From Anaeramoeba ignava BMAN (taxonomy: Eukaryota; Protista; Anaeramoebae): a stretch of 64,000 nt of DNA. Where the stretch lies: the NCBI GenBank assembly GCA_028826165.1, contig JAPDFW010000064.1:484099-548098 (forward strand). The letters run 5' to 3'. Positions 37,674 through 51,107 of the stretch are shown here, piece after piece. Made by a program: the position numbers and the translations under genes. Below the pieces are notes generated by a model. That model saw nothing but the letters and a program-made list of their open reading frames with translations. It was not told the DNA's origin and made no database searches. How positions within the stretch are numbered: the stretch's first letter is position 1; each line of letters starts with the position of its first letter.

Positions 37674-40600
37674 TTAAATTGGAAGAGGATTTTTGTTTGA
37701 ACTACAAAGTATAATTAATCCTGCAACTAAGAAAGGAATAATCATAAACCACTAAAAAATTCAAATAAATATTAAAATCAATATATAAATAAATATATAA
37801 ATCAATATTTAAATCAATATTTAAATAAATATTTAAATCAATATTTAAATCAATATTTAAATAAATATTTAAATCAATATTTAAATAAATATTTAAATAA
37901 ATATTTAAATCAATATTTAAATCAATATTTAAATCAATATTTAAATCAATATTTAAATAAATATTTAAATAAATATTTAAATCAATATTTAAATCAATAT
38001 TTAAATCAATATTTAAATCAATATTTAAATAAATATTTAAATCAATATTTAAATAAATATTTAAAAAAATAAATATTTAAATTTAAATCAATATTTTAAA
38101 TCAATATTTTAAATAAAATATTTAAAATAAATATTTAAAATAAATATTTTTAAATAAATATTTAAATAAAAATAAATATTTAAAAAAATATTTAAAATCA
38201 ATATTTAAAAATCAATTTTTAAATAAATATTTAAATAAAATCAATATTTTAAAATCAATATTTAAATCAAAAATTTTAAATAAATATTTCTGAAATAAAT
38301 ATTTAAATAAATATTTAAATCAATAAATATTTTCAATATTTTAAATAAATCAATTTTAAATCAATATTTAAATAAATATTTAAATCAATATTTAAATAAA
38401 TTTTTAAATCAAATATTTAAAAAATAAAAATAAATTTTTAAAATAAATTTTAAATCAATATTTAAAAATTTCTAAATAAATTTAAATAAATTTTAAATAA
38501 ATATTTAAATCAAATAAATCAATATTTAAATAAATATTTAAATAAATAATTTTAAATAAAAATATTTAAATAAATATTTTAAATAAATAAATATTTAAAT
38601 ATTTAAATTTTTAAATCAATATTTAAATCAATATTTAAATAAATATAAAAATAAAATTTTAAATAAAAATTTAAATAAATTTTTAAATCAATATTTAAAT
38701 CAATATTTAAATAAATATTTAAATAAATATTAAAAATATTTAAAAAATTTAAATAAATTTCTAAATAAATTTTAAATCAATTTAAATCAATATTTAAATA
38801 AATATTTAAATCAATATTTAAATAAATTTTTAAATATTTAAAATCAATATTTAAATCAATATTTAAATCAATATTTAAATAAATAATTTAAATATATAAA
38901 TCCAATTAAATATTTAAATCAATATTTTAAATCAATATTTAAATCAATATTTAAATAAATATTTAAATTTAAATATTTAAATCAAATATTTAAATCAATA
39001 TTTAAATCAATATTTTTAAAAATATTTAAAATATTTAAATAAAAAATAAATTTAAATCAATATTTAAATTTAAATCAATATTTAAAATCAATATTAAAAA
39101 AATCAATATTTAAATAAATTTTAAATCAATATTAAATAAATTTCTAAATCTAAATAAATTTCTAAATATTTAAATAAATATTTAAATAAAATTTAAATAA
39201 ATTTAAATAAATATTAAAATCAATATTTAAATAAATATTTAAATAAATTTTTAAATCAATATTTAAATCAAATTTTAAAAATTTAAATAAAATATTTTAA
39301 ATCAATATTTAAATAAATTTTTAAAATCAATATTTTAAATCAATATTTAAATAAAATTTAAAAATCAATATTTAAATCAATATTTAAATCAATATTTAAA
39401 TCAATATTTTTAAAATCAATATTTAAATAAATATTTAAATCAATATTTAAAATAAAATTTAAATAAATATAAATAAATAAATTTAAAAAATATTTAAATA
39501 AATATTTAAATAAATATTTAAATAAATATTTAAAAATATTTAAATAAATTTTAAATCAAAATTTAAATAAATATTTAAATCAATATTTAAAAATATTTAA
39601 ATAAATTTTTTTTAAAAATAAATTTTTAAATTTTTAAATAAATTTTTAAATAAATTTTTAAATAAATTTTAAAATAAATTTTTTAAATAAATTTTAAATA
39701 AATATTTAAATAAATATTTTAAATCAATATTAAATAAAAATAAATTTTTAAATAAATTTCTAAATAAATTTTAAATAAAAATAAATATTTAAATAAATAA
39801 ATTTTTAAATTTTAAAAATAAATTTTAAAAATAAATTTTTTAAAATCAAATATTTTAAAAATAATTTTTAAAATAAATTTTTAAATAAATAAATAAATTT
39901 TAAATAAATTTAAATAAAAAATAAATTTTAAAATAAAATTTAAAATAAATTTTTAAAAAAAATATTTAAAAAATATTTAAATAAATATTTAAATAAATTT
40001 TTAAATAAATTTCTAAAATTTCTAAATAAATTTTAAATAAATTTCTAAATAAATTTCTAAATAAATTTTAAAATAAATATTTTAAATAAATTTCTAAATA
40101 AAATTTTAAATAAATTTTTAAATAAATTTCTAAATAAATAAATTTTTTAAATAAATTTTTAAATAAATAAATTTTAAATAAATTTCTAAATAAAATTTTT
40201 AAATAAATTTTTTAAATAAATATTTAAAATAAATTTTTAAATAAATATTTAAATAAATTTCTAAATAAATTTTAAAATTAAATAAAATATTTAAATTTAA
40301 ATAAATTTAAATTTAAATATTTAAATAAATAAATTTCTAAATAAATTTTTAAATAAATATTTAAATAAATTTCAAATCAATATTTAAATAAATTTTTAAA
40401 TCAATTTAAATAAATATTTTTAAATCAATATTAAATAAATATTTTTAAATAAATTTCTGAAATAAATATCTAAATAAATTTCTAAACAAATTTCTAAATA
40501 AATATTAAAATTTTTTAAATCAATATTTAAATCAATATTAAAATAATTTCTAAATAAATTTTTAAATAAATATTTAAATAAATATTTAAATAAATATCTA

Positions 40601-43162
40601 AATAAATTTCTAAATAAATTTCTAAATAAATTTCTAAATAAATTTCTAAATAAAATTTTTAAATTTCTACATGTATCAACCGAAAAACATATTCATTAGG
40701 AAGAAGAACAAAAGAATCAGAAAAATATTGAGAATATCTATTCTTCATAACAATTCTAATTTCAACAGATTCTGTTAATATCGGTGTTTTAATAACAACT
40801 TGATAATTTCCAGGATCAGAAAAACTTTTTTCAAAAGCAAGATCATCTCCAACAAATAAAGAAATAACATAGTCACCAAAAAGAAGAAACTGATCAACAA
40901 TAACAAAATTAACGGGTAAATGCGAACCCCAATTATAGGAATATCTTTGGAAATCAAGAAAATAAACTCCATGAAAATTTTCGCGATTGGAAATCCCATT
41001 TAAGTCTTGAATTTGAGAACTCCAACTTCTCAAACTAAACCAACTTGCATTTGTTGAAAAACACATAACACTTCCACTTGTTGTTGTCACGAGTAATTGA
41101 ACTGTTTTTGCAAGAAGAAAATCATCCGATAAAATCATACTGTAAGAAATTTCTCCAAGATCAATTGATTCTTCGCATTTTTGAACAGGATCAATAACAC
41201 GAAAAATCCCATCGAAGGAAACAAAAACAAGCTGAACATTCTCTTGATTTTTTTTAAGTCTTATCGGCAGAATTGGTGATAAAACTCGTTTTGGTATTTT
41301 GATTGGAAATCCATCAACAATTTTCCCATTTGATCCCTTAATAGCCCAAATCATCCCATTTTCTGTTGCAATTATAATTTCAGGCTTCCCATCTCCATCT
41401 ACATCTCCCATTGTTGGTGTTTGCGAAGAGAATCCTTCAATTTTGATTCCCCATATTTTCTCTCCTTTTGTCGAAAAACAATTTACTCGTGATTTGGTAT
41501 CTGTCGCTACAATTTCAAGTTTTCCATCCATATTAACATCTTCTACTATCACTTGAGATTGAATTTCAGACATTGTTATTGGGAAGCCTTCTTTTTCTTT
41601 TCCTTGCAAATTAAAAGCGTAAATCATTCCCAATCCTTTTTTTTTTAATAATTTTTTTTATTAAATTTCTTTTTTATTAAATTTCTTTTTATTAAATTTC
41701 CAACCTGTTCCAAGAATAATATCAAGTTCACCATCTCCATCAAGATCAACAACAGTAGGAGAAGTAAAACAATAGGCACGATCTTGTGCATTTTCTGTTG
41801 ATAATTCCAAATGGGCAGTCCATAACAAATTTCCATAATCACTAAGATTAAAAACAGCAATTCCGCAAGCAACATATTCATCTAAATCAATATCAGAATC
41901 AAAATATTCATTATATTTAAGTGATATTTGAGTCCAATTGTCAAAGAAGTAGGAAACTCCAATTATAAGTAAATTATCTGGTGTGACAACTGGTGCTGAT
42001 AAAATGTGAGGATTCACGTACAAATATTCATTTTTATATTTTGGGTTTAAATTATTTAGTTGTTTCTCTAATATTTTCAGATATCCTGATGTAACTGTAA
42101 ATGTTAATTCTTCAGCTAAAGTAAAAGCATTTAAATAAAGCAAACTCTTTTTTTGGATTTTTAAATTTTAAATTTTTAAATTTTTAAATTTTTAAATTTT
42201 TAAATTTTTGATTTGATACAGAAATTGCTTGCTTTGCTTCTTCTGTTAATTCCTTTTGTGGATTCATTTTCTTATTAAGAATATCCAAAATCAATGAACT
42301 TTTTTCAATATGTCTTTCCTCTTTTGCGCTTTGATTATAAAAAGTAAAATCATCCAAATTTTCTTTTTGCTCATCATTTTCATGGTCGCATAAAAGATTC
42401 AGTTTTGGATTACTTTGTCTAACAGAAATAATCAGCGGAATATTTTCTTCAGAAATTGAATACCATTTTTTATGAACTAAAAGTGGGGGAACTTTTAAAG
42501 TAAAATCACTTAAAACATTGCCATTTTTATCAGAAACGATAATATCCCCATCAAAACTTGTAAATATTAGGTTTTTTTCCTTTGTAATTGGGTTATTAAA
42601 ATAAACAGGTCTTGTATGAAATATCATATCAGGAAAAATTAATGGCCATCCTTTATAATAATTATATTTAAAAGTGCAAAAAAGAATAATTATTTTTTTT
42701 TAAATAATGATATTTTTTTTCTTCTTCTTGAAAAATTTCATTTCATTTCATTTAATTTCATTTAAAATAATAGATTCGTTCTTGTAATTATTTTTTTTGT
42801 CTTGATTTTTACCAGGAAGTTCTTTTCCGTCTTGAGAATTAAGAACAGCAACAAATTGAAAAATTGATTGAACAATAATTTCTTTTTGTCCATCTCCATC
42901 TAAATCAACTAATAAAGGAGTTGAGTAAATTCCACCTTCAATTTCTGTTTTCCAAGATAAATCTAATCCTATTTTTGTTTGACATTGTTCCTCTATTGTT
43001 CTAATTTATTAATAAAATAACCAAAAGAAGAAAAAATGAAAAAAATTTTTTCCAAAAATTTGAAATTTAAATTATTTACGTTGATTCAATTTTTGAATTT
43101 ATAAAATTTAATAAAGAAATTATTATTGAAAAAAATAATAATATTTTTAAACTAAAATTCAT
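37674..43162 (-). CDS. DEX1: DEX1-like FG-GAP repeat type I membrane protein; exons 43162-43080, 43000-42813, 42650-42220, 42146-41705, 41635-40671, 37751-37674
   Basis: Signal peptide; LSWKTEIEGGIYSTPLLVDLDGDG, PG^WP, HILSAPV, SPTVVDLDGDGELDIILGT, GFPITMSEIQSQV, IDLGEISYSMIL. The last exon WFMIIPFLVAGLIIL...PLP supplies the TM anchor. All five GT-AG introns keep frame. Confidence 0.88.
37760..40660. repeat. ~2.9-kb 12-nt satellite (AAATCAATATTT / AAATAAATATTT / AAATAAATTTCT) forming DEX1 intron 5
   Basis: Clean units at both ends, noisy in the middle. Confidence 0.93.
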
Positions 43163-43232
43163 AAAAAAAAATGAAAAAAAAATGAAAAAAAAAAATGGAA
43201 AAATTTTTTTTCATTTTTTTTCTTTCTTGTAA
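43163..43232. promoter_or_regulatory. 70-bp bidirectional promoter region (DEX1 / ARS2) with TCATTTT initiator-like motifs on both strands
   Basis: AAAATGA at ~43170 and ~43182 serves the minus strand; TCATTTT at 43211 serves the plus strand. Confidence 0.6.
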
Positions 43233-46200
43233 ATGTCATTCAATCCTGTTTTTAAACATTCTAAAAATTTGAAATCACAAAATAATTCAAAAGCTGACAT
43301 TAATGTAAATGTTAATGTAAATTTTAATTTTTCTCAAAATCAAGAAAAATCAGAAGAAATGATTTTAAATAATTTTTCAAGATTGAACAAATCATCAACA
43401 AAAAAATTTTTTCATCCAAATTGGCAAAAAAAATCTCCTTTTCAAATTCAAAATCAAATTCAAAATCAAATTCAAAATCAAAATGAAATTGAAAATCAAA
43501 ATCAAAATGAAAATCAAAATCAATTTCAATTTCAAAATGAAAATCAAAGTCAAAATCAAAATCAAATTGAAAATCAAAATCAAAATCAAAATCAAAATCA
43601 AAATCAAAATCAAAATCAAAATCAATTTCAATTTCAAAATCAAAATCAATTTCAATTTCAAAATGAAAATGAAAATTATTTTGGAAATAAAATTTATTAT
43701 AACAATCAAAATCAAAATGAAAATGAAAATTATTTTGGAAATAAAATTTATTATAACAATCAAAATCAATTTCAATTTCAAAATCAAAATTTAAATCAAA
43801 ATCAATTTCAAATTCAGAATCAATTTCAAAATCAAAATCAAAATCAAATTGAAAATCAAAATTATTTTGGAAATAAAATTTATTATAACAATCAAAATCA
43901 AGATCAATTCCAAAATCAAGATCAATTCCAAAATCAATTTCAAGATCAATTCCAAAATCAATTCCAAGATCAATTCCAAGATCAATTCCAAAATCAATTT
44001 CAAGATCAATTTCAAGATCAATTTCAAGATCAATTTCAAGATCAATTTCAAAATCAATTTCAAAATCAATTTCAAAATCAATTTCAAAATCAATTTCAGA
44101 ATGAAAATGAAAAAAAATTTGAGCAAATATCTGAATATAATTCTAGTTCTAATTCTAATTACAAACAAGAGATGAATTCTATTTATTATTCAAAATTTGA
44201 GAATCAATACCAATTTCAAAATCAAAATCAAAATCAAAAAGAAAATCAAAATTATTTTGGAAATAAAATTTATTCTGAGAATCAAAATAGAAATCAATTT
44301 GGAAATCAAAATAATAAAAATAAAAATAACCAAGATTTATACGAAAAAACTCGACAAAAAACTAACAATAAAAAAAATGAAAAAGATTCAGAAACAAATT
44401 TCGAAAATCCTTTACAAGGAGAAATATTGTTCTTTCAAGATAACAAACCCACAAATTACCAAAATTTTATACATTTAAAAAAAAGTTCTGAATCTGAAGA
44501 AGATGAATCAATATCACAAACATATTCAATTTCAAATTCAGAAGGAGAAGAAACTGAAAATGAAAATGAAAATGAAAATGAAAATGAAAATCAAAATCAA
44601 AATCAAAATCAAAATCAAAATGAAAATCAAAATCAAAATCAAAATGAAAATGAAAATGAAAATGAAAATGAAAATGAAAATGAAAATGAAAATGAAAATC
44701 AAAATCAAAATCAAAATCAAAATCAAAATCAAAATCAAAATCAAAATGAAAATCAAAATCAAAATCAAAATCAAAATGAAAATCAAAATGAAAATGAAAA
44801 TCAAAATCAAAATCAAAATCAAAATCAAAATCAAAATCAAAATCAAAATGAAAATGAAAATCAAAATCAAAATCAAAATCAAATAATTTTTCAAAATCAA
44901 AATCGAAAACATAAAATTTCAGAAAATAATTCACAAATTAAATTATGGAAAGAAAAAGACATAAATACCAACGAAAATACAAATCGATATTTCAATAATT
45001 TTACAGAATCAAAACCAGAAAATGACAACCAAATAACTCAATTTTTCCTTCAACATAAAACTGATCAATGGTTTAAAGAAAAATATCATCCAAAAGAAAT
45101 TATTAAAAAAGAAGAAATTAGAAAAATCAAAGCAAACCACAATCTTTTCACTTTCCAAGAACAATTTTTATATGGAGACTTTAATTTCGAATCACATGAT
45201 TACTTTCTTTCTGAGGAAGATTCTAAATATTTAAGTGTTAAAGTAATTGAAAAAGACCAAGTTCCAGAAATTCTTGAATTTGATTGTAATTCACAATGGA
45301 TTTTTATTGGTAATATTGAACCTCAAGTTCCAAGAGAAAATCTAACTAAATTTCTTAACCAAATCCCATTTTTCCAAACATTACTCATTTCTGATCCTCA
45401 AATACATCGAAATTTCATACGATATGGATGGGCAAAATATGCTGATGAAATATCTACAATGAATGCATTACAATTTTTGAAAAATTATGGCTTTAATGCG
45501 AAAATACATACTCCTAAACAACGCACTAAAAAATTATTACCTTATTCTTTTAATTCTATTAAAAGACTCAAACATGATATTCATCAAGCAGGTTTATTAA
45601 TTAAAAAACTAGATCAAGAAAGGAATATTTCAGAAAAATTCAATCCAATTAATTCTTATATTGAAGATATCCAAAAAATGATCCAAGAAAAACGAAAATC
45701 AAAATCAAAATCAAAATCAAATTCTTTACAAAAAAATACTTGATATTATGATCATTTATTTAAGAAAAGTTCATGCTTTTTGCTATTATTCTTGTACACA
45801 ATTTGAAGACGAATTGGATCTAATTTTCAATTCAGGAATTCCATTAAGAATTAACTTAGAAAAAACAGTACAAATTTCAGAAGAATTTATAAATCAAAAT
45901 ACAAAATCAACACCTTTATTTGATAGTGAGAATACTTTTATTCAACTTTCAAATCTTCAAGCATCTAATTTGGATTCAAAAATAAAACAAAAATTAAAAG
46001 AAAACAAATCAAATCAAATACATAATGAAAAATCTTATCAAAAATACAAAGAAGAATTTTATTCAATTCATCTTCTTTTAAAAAATGAAATTATTTGTTC
46101 TCTTTGTAATTCTTCATTCCAAAATATAAATCAAGCTCGACAACATATTGCTATTAAACATACTGATTTAATAGTTCGTTTTGTTGTAGAAAAACAAATT

Positions 46201-46287
46201 GAGGATCTTTTTTTAAAAAATTATTTAGAAGATGAACATAAGTTAATAATGGAAGAATTGAATTTAACAAATAAACAATTTAAATAA
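43233..46287 (+). CDS. SRRT: ARS2/SERRATE-like RNA effector with a long N/Q/F-rich N-terminus; probable extra A at 45730-45736
   Basis: HKTDQWFKEKYHP; RRM IFIGNIEP...ISDPQ...RYGW; ILDIMIIYLRKVHAFCYY in the +1 frame; C2H2 finger CSLC...HIAIKH; NYLED. Confidence 0.85.
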
Positions 46288-47044
46288 AAATGTTGATTAA
46301 AATTGAACAAACAAAAAGTAAAAAAATCAATTACTTTCTTTAAATTTTCTTTTTAAAATTTTTGGAACATTTTTAATTATTTTTAATTTTTAATTTGAAA
46401 AAAAAAAAATTTTTTTTATTTGCTTTTTTTAATCAAAAAAATTACTTACTTTAGTTAAAATTGAACTTTAGTTTTTGATTTGATCTCAATTTTATTATTA
46501 TTTTTTATATTTAAAAAGATTATTTAAGTGATTTTTTTAAATAAAAAAAAATTAAAATATTATTTGCCTCTTCAATTAATTTTTTAATTTTTTAATTTTA
46601 ATTTTAATTTAAAATCCCCTTTTCTAAATAATAATTTTAAATTAAAAATTTAATTTTATTTAATTAATTTAATTTTTAATTAAGATAAAAAAACCAAAAA
46701 AAAAAAAGCAGGCAAAAAAAAAAAAAAAATTTAAAAAAAAAGAAAAAGAAAAAGAAAAGAAAAAAAAAACTCAACTTTTTAATTAAAAAATAAAAAAATG
46801 AAAAAAAAAAAATAAAAAAACTTCTTTTTTAAAAATCAGAAGCCATTTTTCTTTTACTAAGAAAATTATTGAGAGTTGAATTAATAAACCAACACAAAAA
46901 CACTCCCTTTTTTCTTTTATCTCTTTAAATTTAATTTAATTTCTTTAATTTCTTTCGATTTATCAATTTTTTCCTTCTTTTAAAAATTTTTTTTTTCCTT
47001 ACACTTTCTTTCTCCTTCTTTTAAAACTTTTTTAACACTAATTA

Positions 47045-50000
47045 ATGAATACAATAAATCATTTAGAAATTCTTTTAGCTCCTGATTTTTTTGAAATAAT
47101 TTGGAAGTTTGCTAGTTTAATTTTTGATTCAAAAAAAACAAACCAAGCTTCACCTTTTGATATTTCTTCAGTTTTTTCCAAATTTGAACCTTTTTTGACT
47201 AAAAAAGCAAATTTAAATCAAAAGATTTTCCGTTCTTTAAAAAATTTTTTACTTCAAATTGAGTTTTTTTTTCCCATTAGTTCTCAAAAAGATAATAATC
47301 TTTTTCGACCTAATTTAGATTGGAAACCTGTTTTTTTCCGTCATTTAAAAGATTCTGAGAATAGTGATGAAGATTCTAATGAAGATCCCAATAATCGTTT
47401 TTTAAGATCAATTTCAGTTTTAACATTTTCTCTTATTGATGAAATTCGCAAAGGTATTTTTTAATCCAACAATTTAATAATAAATTTAATCCAACATTTA
47501 ATCCAACATTTAATCCAACATTTAATCCAACATTTTAATAATAAATTTAATAATAATTTAATAATAATTTTAATAATAATTTTAATAATAAATTTAATAA
47601 TAATTTTAATAATAATTTTAATAATAATTTTAATAATAATTTTAATAATAATTTTAATAATAATTTTAATAATAATTTTAATAATAATTTTAATAATAAA
47701 TTTAATAATAATTTTAATAATAAATTTAATAATAATTTTAATAATAAATTTAATAATAATTTTAATAATAAATTTAATAATAATTTTAATAATAATTTTA
47801 ATAATAAATTTAATAATAATTTTAATAATAAATTTAATAATAATTTTAATAATAATTTTAATAATAAATTTAATAATAAATTTAATAATAATTTTAATAA
47901 TCAATTTTAATAATAAATTTAATAATAAATTTAATAATTTTAATAATAAATTTAATAATAATTTTAATAATAAAATTTAATAATAAATTTAATAATAATT
48001 TTAATAATAAATTTAATAATAATTTTTAATAATAATTTAATAATAATTTTAATAATAATTTAATAATAAATTTAATAATTTTAATAATAATTTTAATAAT
48101 AAATATAATAATAATTTTAATAATAATTTTAATAATAAATTTAATAATAAATTTAATTTTTTAATAATCAATTTTAATAATAAATTTAATAATAATTTTA
48201 ATAATAAATTTAATAATTTTAATAAATTTAATCCAACATTTAATAATAATCCAACATTTAATCCAACATTTAATCCAACATTTTTATAATAAATTTAATA
48301 ATAATTTTAATAATAATTTTAATAATAATTTTAATAATAATTTTAACAAATTTAATAATAATTTAATAATTTTAATAATAATTTTAATAATAATTTTAAT
48401 AATAAATTTAATAATAATTTTAATAATAATTTTAATAATAATTTTAATAATAATTTTAATAATAATTTTAATAATAAATTTAATAATAAATTTAATAATA
48501 AATTTAATAATAAATTTAATAATAAATTTAATAATAATTTAATAATAATTTTAATAATAATTTTAATAATAATTTTAATAATAATTTTAATAATAATTTT
48601 AATAATAATTTTAATAATAATTTTAATAATAATTTTAATAATAAATTTAATAATAAATTCATAAAGATCATAAAACAAGAAGTGAATTAGTTAGAATTTC
48701 TGGATTTGCAAGACAAAGAATTTGTACAGTCATTTCAGTTCTAAAAAGTATCGGACTTTTAAAAGAGCATAATATAAAAAGAAATAGGCTTGTTTGGAAT
48801 GAAAATCAATCAAAAATTATTCCATTTATTGGAGATTTAACTTATAAAAATCTTCAACTTCGCAATCAAAGAAGAAAAATAGCATTGAACTTGATCATTT
48901 TACTTGAAAAACTCAGATTAAAATGTCAACTTATTCTGATTTCACAAAATCAATCAATTAATTTTCAACAAAATCAAGAACATCTTCAAAAATTTCAAAT
49001 GTTAATTGGCAATTTCTTTCAAAATCAATTTAAAAAAATCGTTAAAATCTTTAGATCTTCTCCAAAACCAGAAAAAATCCTCCAAATGTTTGATTTAAAT
49101 CAAATCATTTCATTTAATGGTTTTTCTCAAAACAAAACACTCTTAGAAATCATTTCAACTTTCCAATCAAAAAAACATCCTTTTCATACTGAGCGCTCAA
49201 AAAAACTATCAAAAATCTCAGAAGAGGAAAAAGAGAATGAAACATATGAGTTATTATCAGAAACTAGTAAAGAAAATGAAAGAGAATCAAGCGAAAATGA
49301 AGAATTTAATAATCGAAAAAAAAAACGAAGAAAATCAAGAAAAATCAAGAAAAATCAAAAAATCAAGAAAATCAAGAAAAAAGAAATCAAAGAAATCAAA
49401 AAAAAAGAAATCAAGTGAATCAAATAGTGTTTCTTCTGAAGAAAGTATTGAGGAATCTTCACCAAATGAAGAACTCAATAATGATACTCCAAATAAAGAT
49501 CCAACAATTTATTTGAATTACAAAATAAATCAAGAAGGATTGAGTAATTTAGAAGTAGAAGATCAAACAGAAAAGCATTTAATAAATTCAAAACAAAACA
49601 TTAATCAACTACTCAATATACATTCCGAACTAAATATTGAAAAAAATCTAAATCCAAATCAAAATCCAAATCAAAATCAAAATCAAAATCCAAATTTGAA
49701 TCAACAAGAATTTCAACAATTAAAACCTTTTGGAGCAATGACCGAATTTTATCTTAAAGATTATTCTGGTTTTAGGGATTTTATACCTAATTTACCATAT
49801 CAATCAAATCTTCAAAATTATCCTAGTTTTTATCCCAATTTTTATCCAAATTTTTATCCTAATTCTTATTATAATTCTCTTCATTTTTATCCAAATTATT
49901 CTACTCATTATCCTTTAAATAATCTTCAATTGTTGGAAAATTCTCAAAATTTTTCTTTTCCAAATAATTTAAACAACGATAAATCTAAACCAGAATTTCA

Positions 50001-50124
50001 TTATCAAAATAATATTTCTTTGCATTCTCTTCAAAATATTCACAATCAAAATACAACACAAATACCTATTAACCCTTCTCAATTTACAACATTTACAAAT
50101 ATTGAAAAAGTGACAAAAATTTAA
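47045..50124 (+). CDS. Atypical E2F/DP-like winged-helix protein; intron 47454-48666; probable extra A at ~49341
   Basis: The spliced domain RSISVLTFSLIDEIRK^DHKTRSELVRISGFARQRICTVISVLKSIGLLKE...NRLVW matches the E2F pattern SLxxLT...RRIYDIxNVLxxIGLI...W. Confidence 0.65.
47462..48660 (+). repeat. ~1.2-kb 12-nt satellite (TTTTAATAATAA, with TTTAATCCAACA variants) forming the E2F-like intron
   Basis: Directly visible. Confidence 0.93.
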
Positions 50125-50263
50125 ATGAATGAAATTTGATTTATTTTATTTTTGATTTTATTTTATTTTTGATTTATTTTATTTTTGATTTATTTTATTT
50201 TATTATTGATTTATTAAAAAATAATTAAAGAAAAAAAAAAAGTGGAACAAATTTTATTTTTAT

Positions 50264-51001
50264 TTATTTATCAAATGGAATAACAGGCCAATTTATTATA
50301 ATATTTCTTTCCATTCTTTTTTGAAATTTAACATTCATTTGAGTTTCTAAATTAAAAATTTCTTTCCAATTTTTTTCACCAAATAAAATGATTTTATCTT
50401 CTTTTTCATTATAATTTTGATTTTGATTTTCATTTTGGTTATAATTTTGGTTATAATTTTGATTTTGATTTTCATTTTGATTTTGATTTTGATTTTTTAA
50501 TTTTTGAAGTTTTTGAAGAGATTTTTTTCTTAAAGTTGCTATTTCTTGTTCCCATTTTGTTTGTATTTCATCTTGAATATAAGTTGGTTCTTCAAATTGA
50601 TTTTGTGGATTAATAAAATTAAAATATTCATTTTGAGAAAAAATTATTTCATTTTCATTATAATTTTGGTTATAATTTTCATTATAATTTTGATTTTCAT
50701 TTTCATTTTCATTGTAATTTTCATTATAATTTTCATTTTGATTATAATTTTGATTTTGATTGTAATTTTGATTATAATTTTGATTTTCATTTTGGTTATA
50801 ATTTTGATTATAATTTTCATTTTCATTTTCATTTTCATTATAATTTTCATTTTGTTGTTTGATTCTTTTAAATTCATTTTCCTTTTTCTCAATTTTATGC
50901 TTTCTATTAGAAATAGATAAATTAGGAAACATCCATTTATGAACTGGATTTGGAAAAGGATGAATCCAATTTTTATCATTTAAATTATCATTTTTACTCA
51001 T
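50264..51001 (-). CDS. GEMIN8: GEMIN8-like SMN-complex subunit with N/Q/Y repeats
   Basis: The C-terminus LFGEKNWKEIFNLETQMNVKFQKRMERNIIINWPVIPF resembles Gemin8 LYGxxAxxIxAMExAxQLxFD...WPVIPL. Confidence 0.55.
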   Translation of the reverse strand: MSKNDNLNDKNWIHPFPNPVHKWMFPNLSISNRKHKIEKKENEFKRIKQQNENYNENENENENYNQNYNQNENQNYNQNYNQNQNYNQNENYNENYNENENENQNYNENYNQNYNENEIIFSQNEYFNFINPQNQFEEPTYIQDEIQTKWEQEIATLRKKSLQKLQKLKNQNQNQNENQNQNYNQNYNQNENQNQNYNEKEDKIILFGEKNWKEIFNLETQMNVKFQKRMERNIIINWPVIPFDK

Positions 51002-51107
51002 AATTGAAAAATAAAAAAAAAATGAAAAAATAAAAAATGAAAAAATAAAAAATGAAAAATTTATTTTTTTGCTTTTTGAAATCTTCTTTTTAACAAATTA
51101 AATCAAA

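Noticed and set aside
37760-40660. Satellite as a telomere, centromere or intergenic desert
   Set aside because: It lies between an in-frame GT donor and an AG acceptor joining conserved DEX1 exons. The noisy centre may be unpolished consensus.
46290-47044. Possible hidden gene or ncRNA in the long ARS2-E2F intergenic region (minus-strand TCATTTT at ~46798)
   Set aside because: No ORF, splice pattern or convincing RNA structure found.
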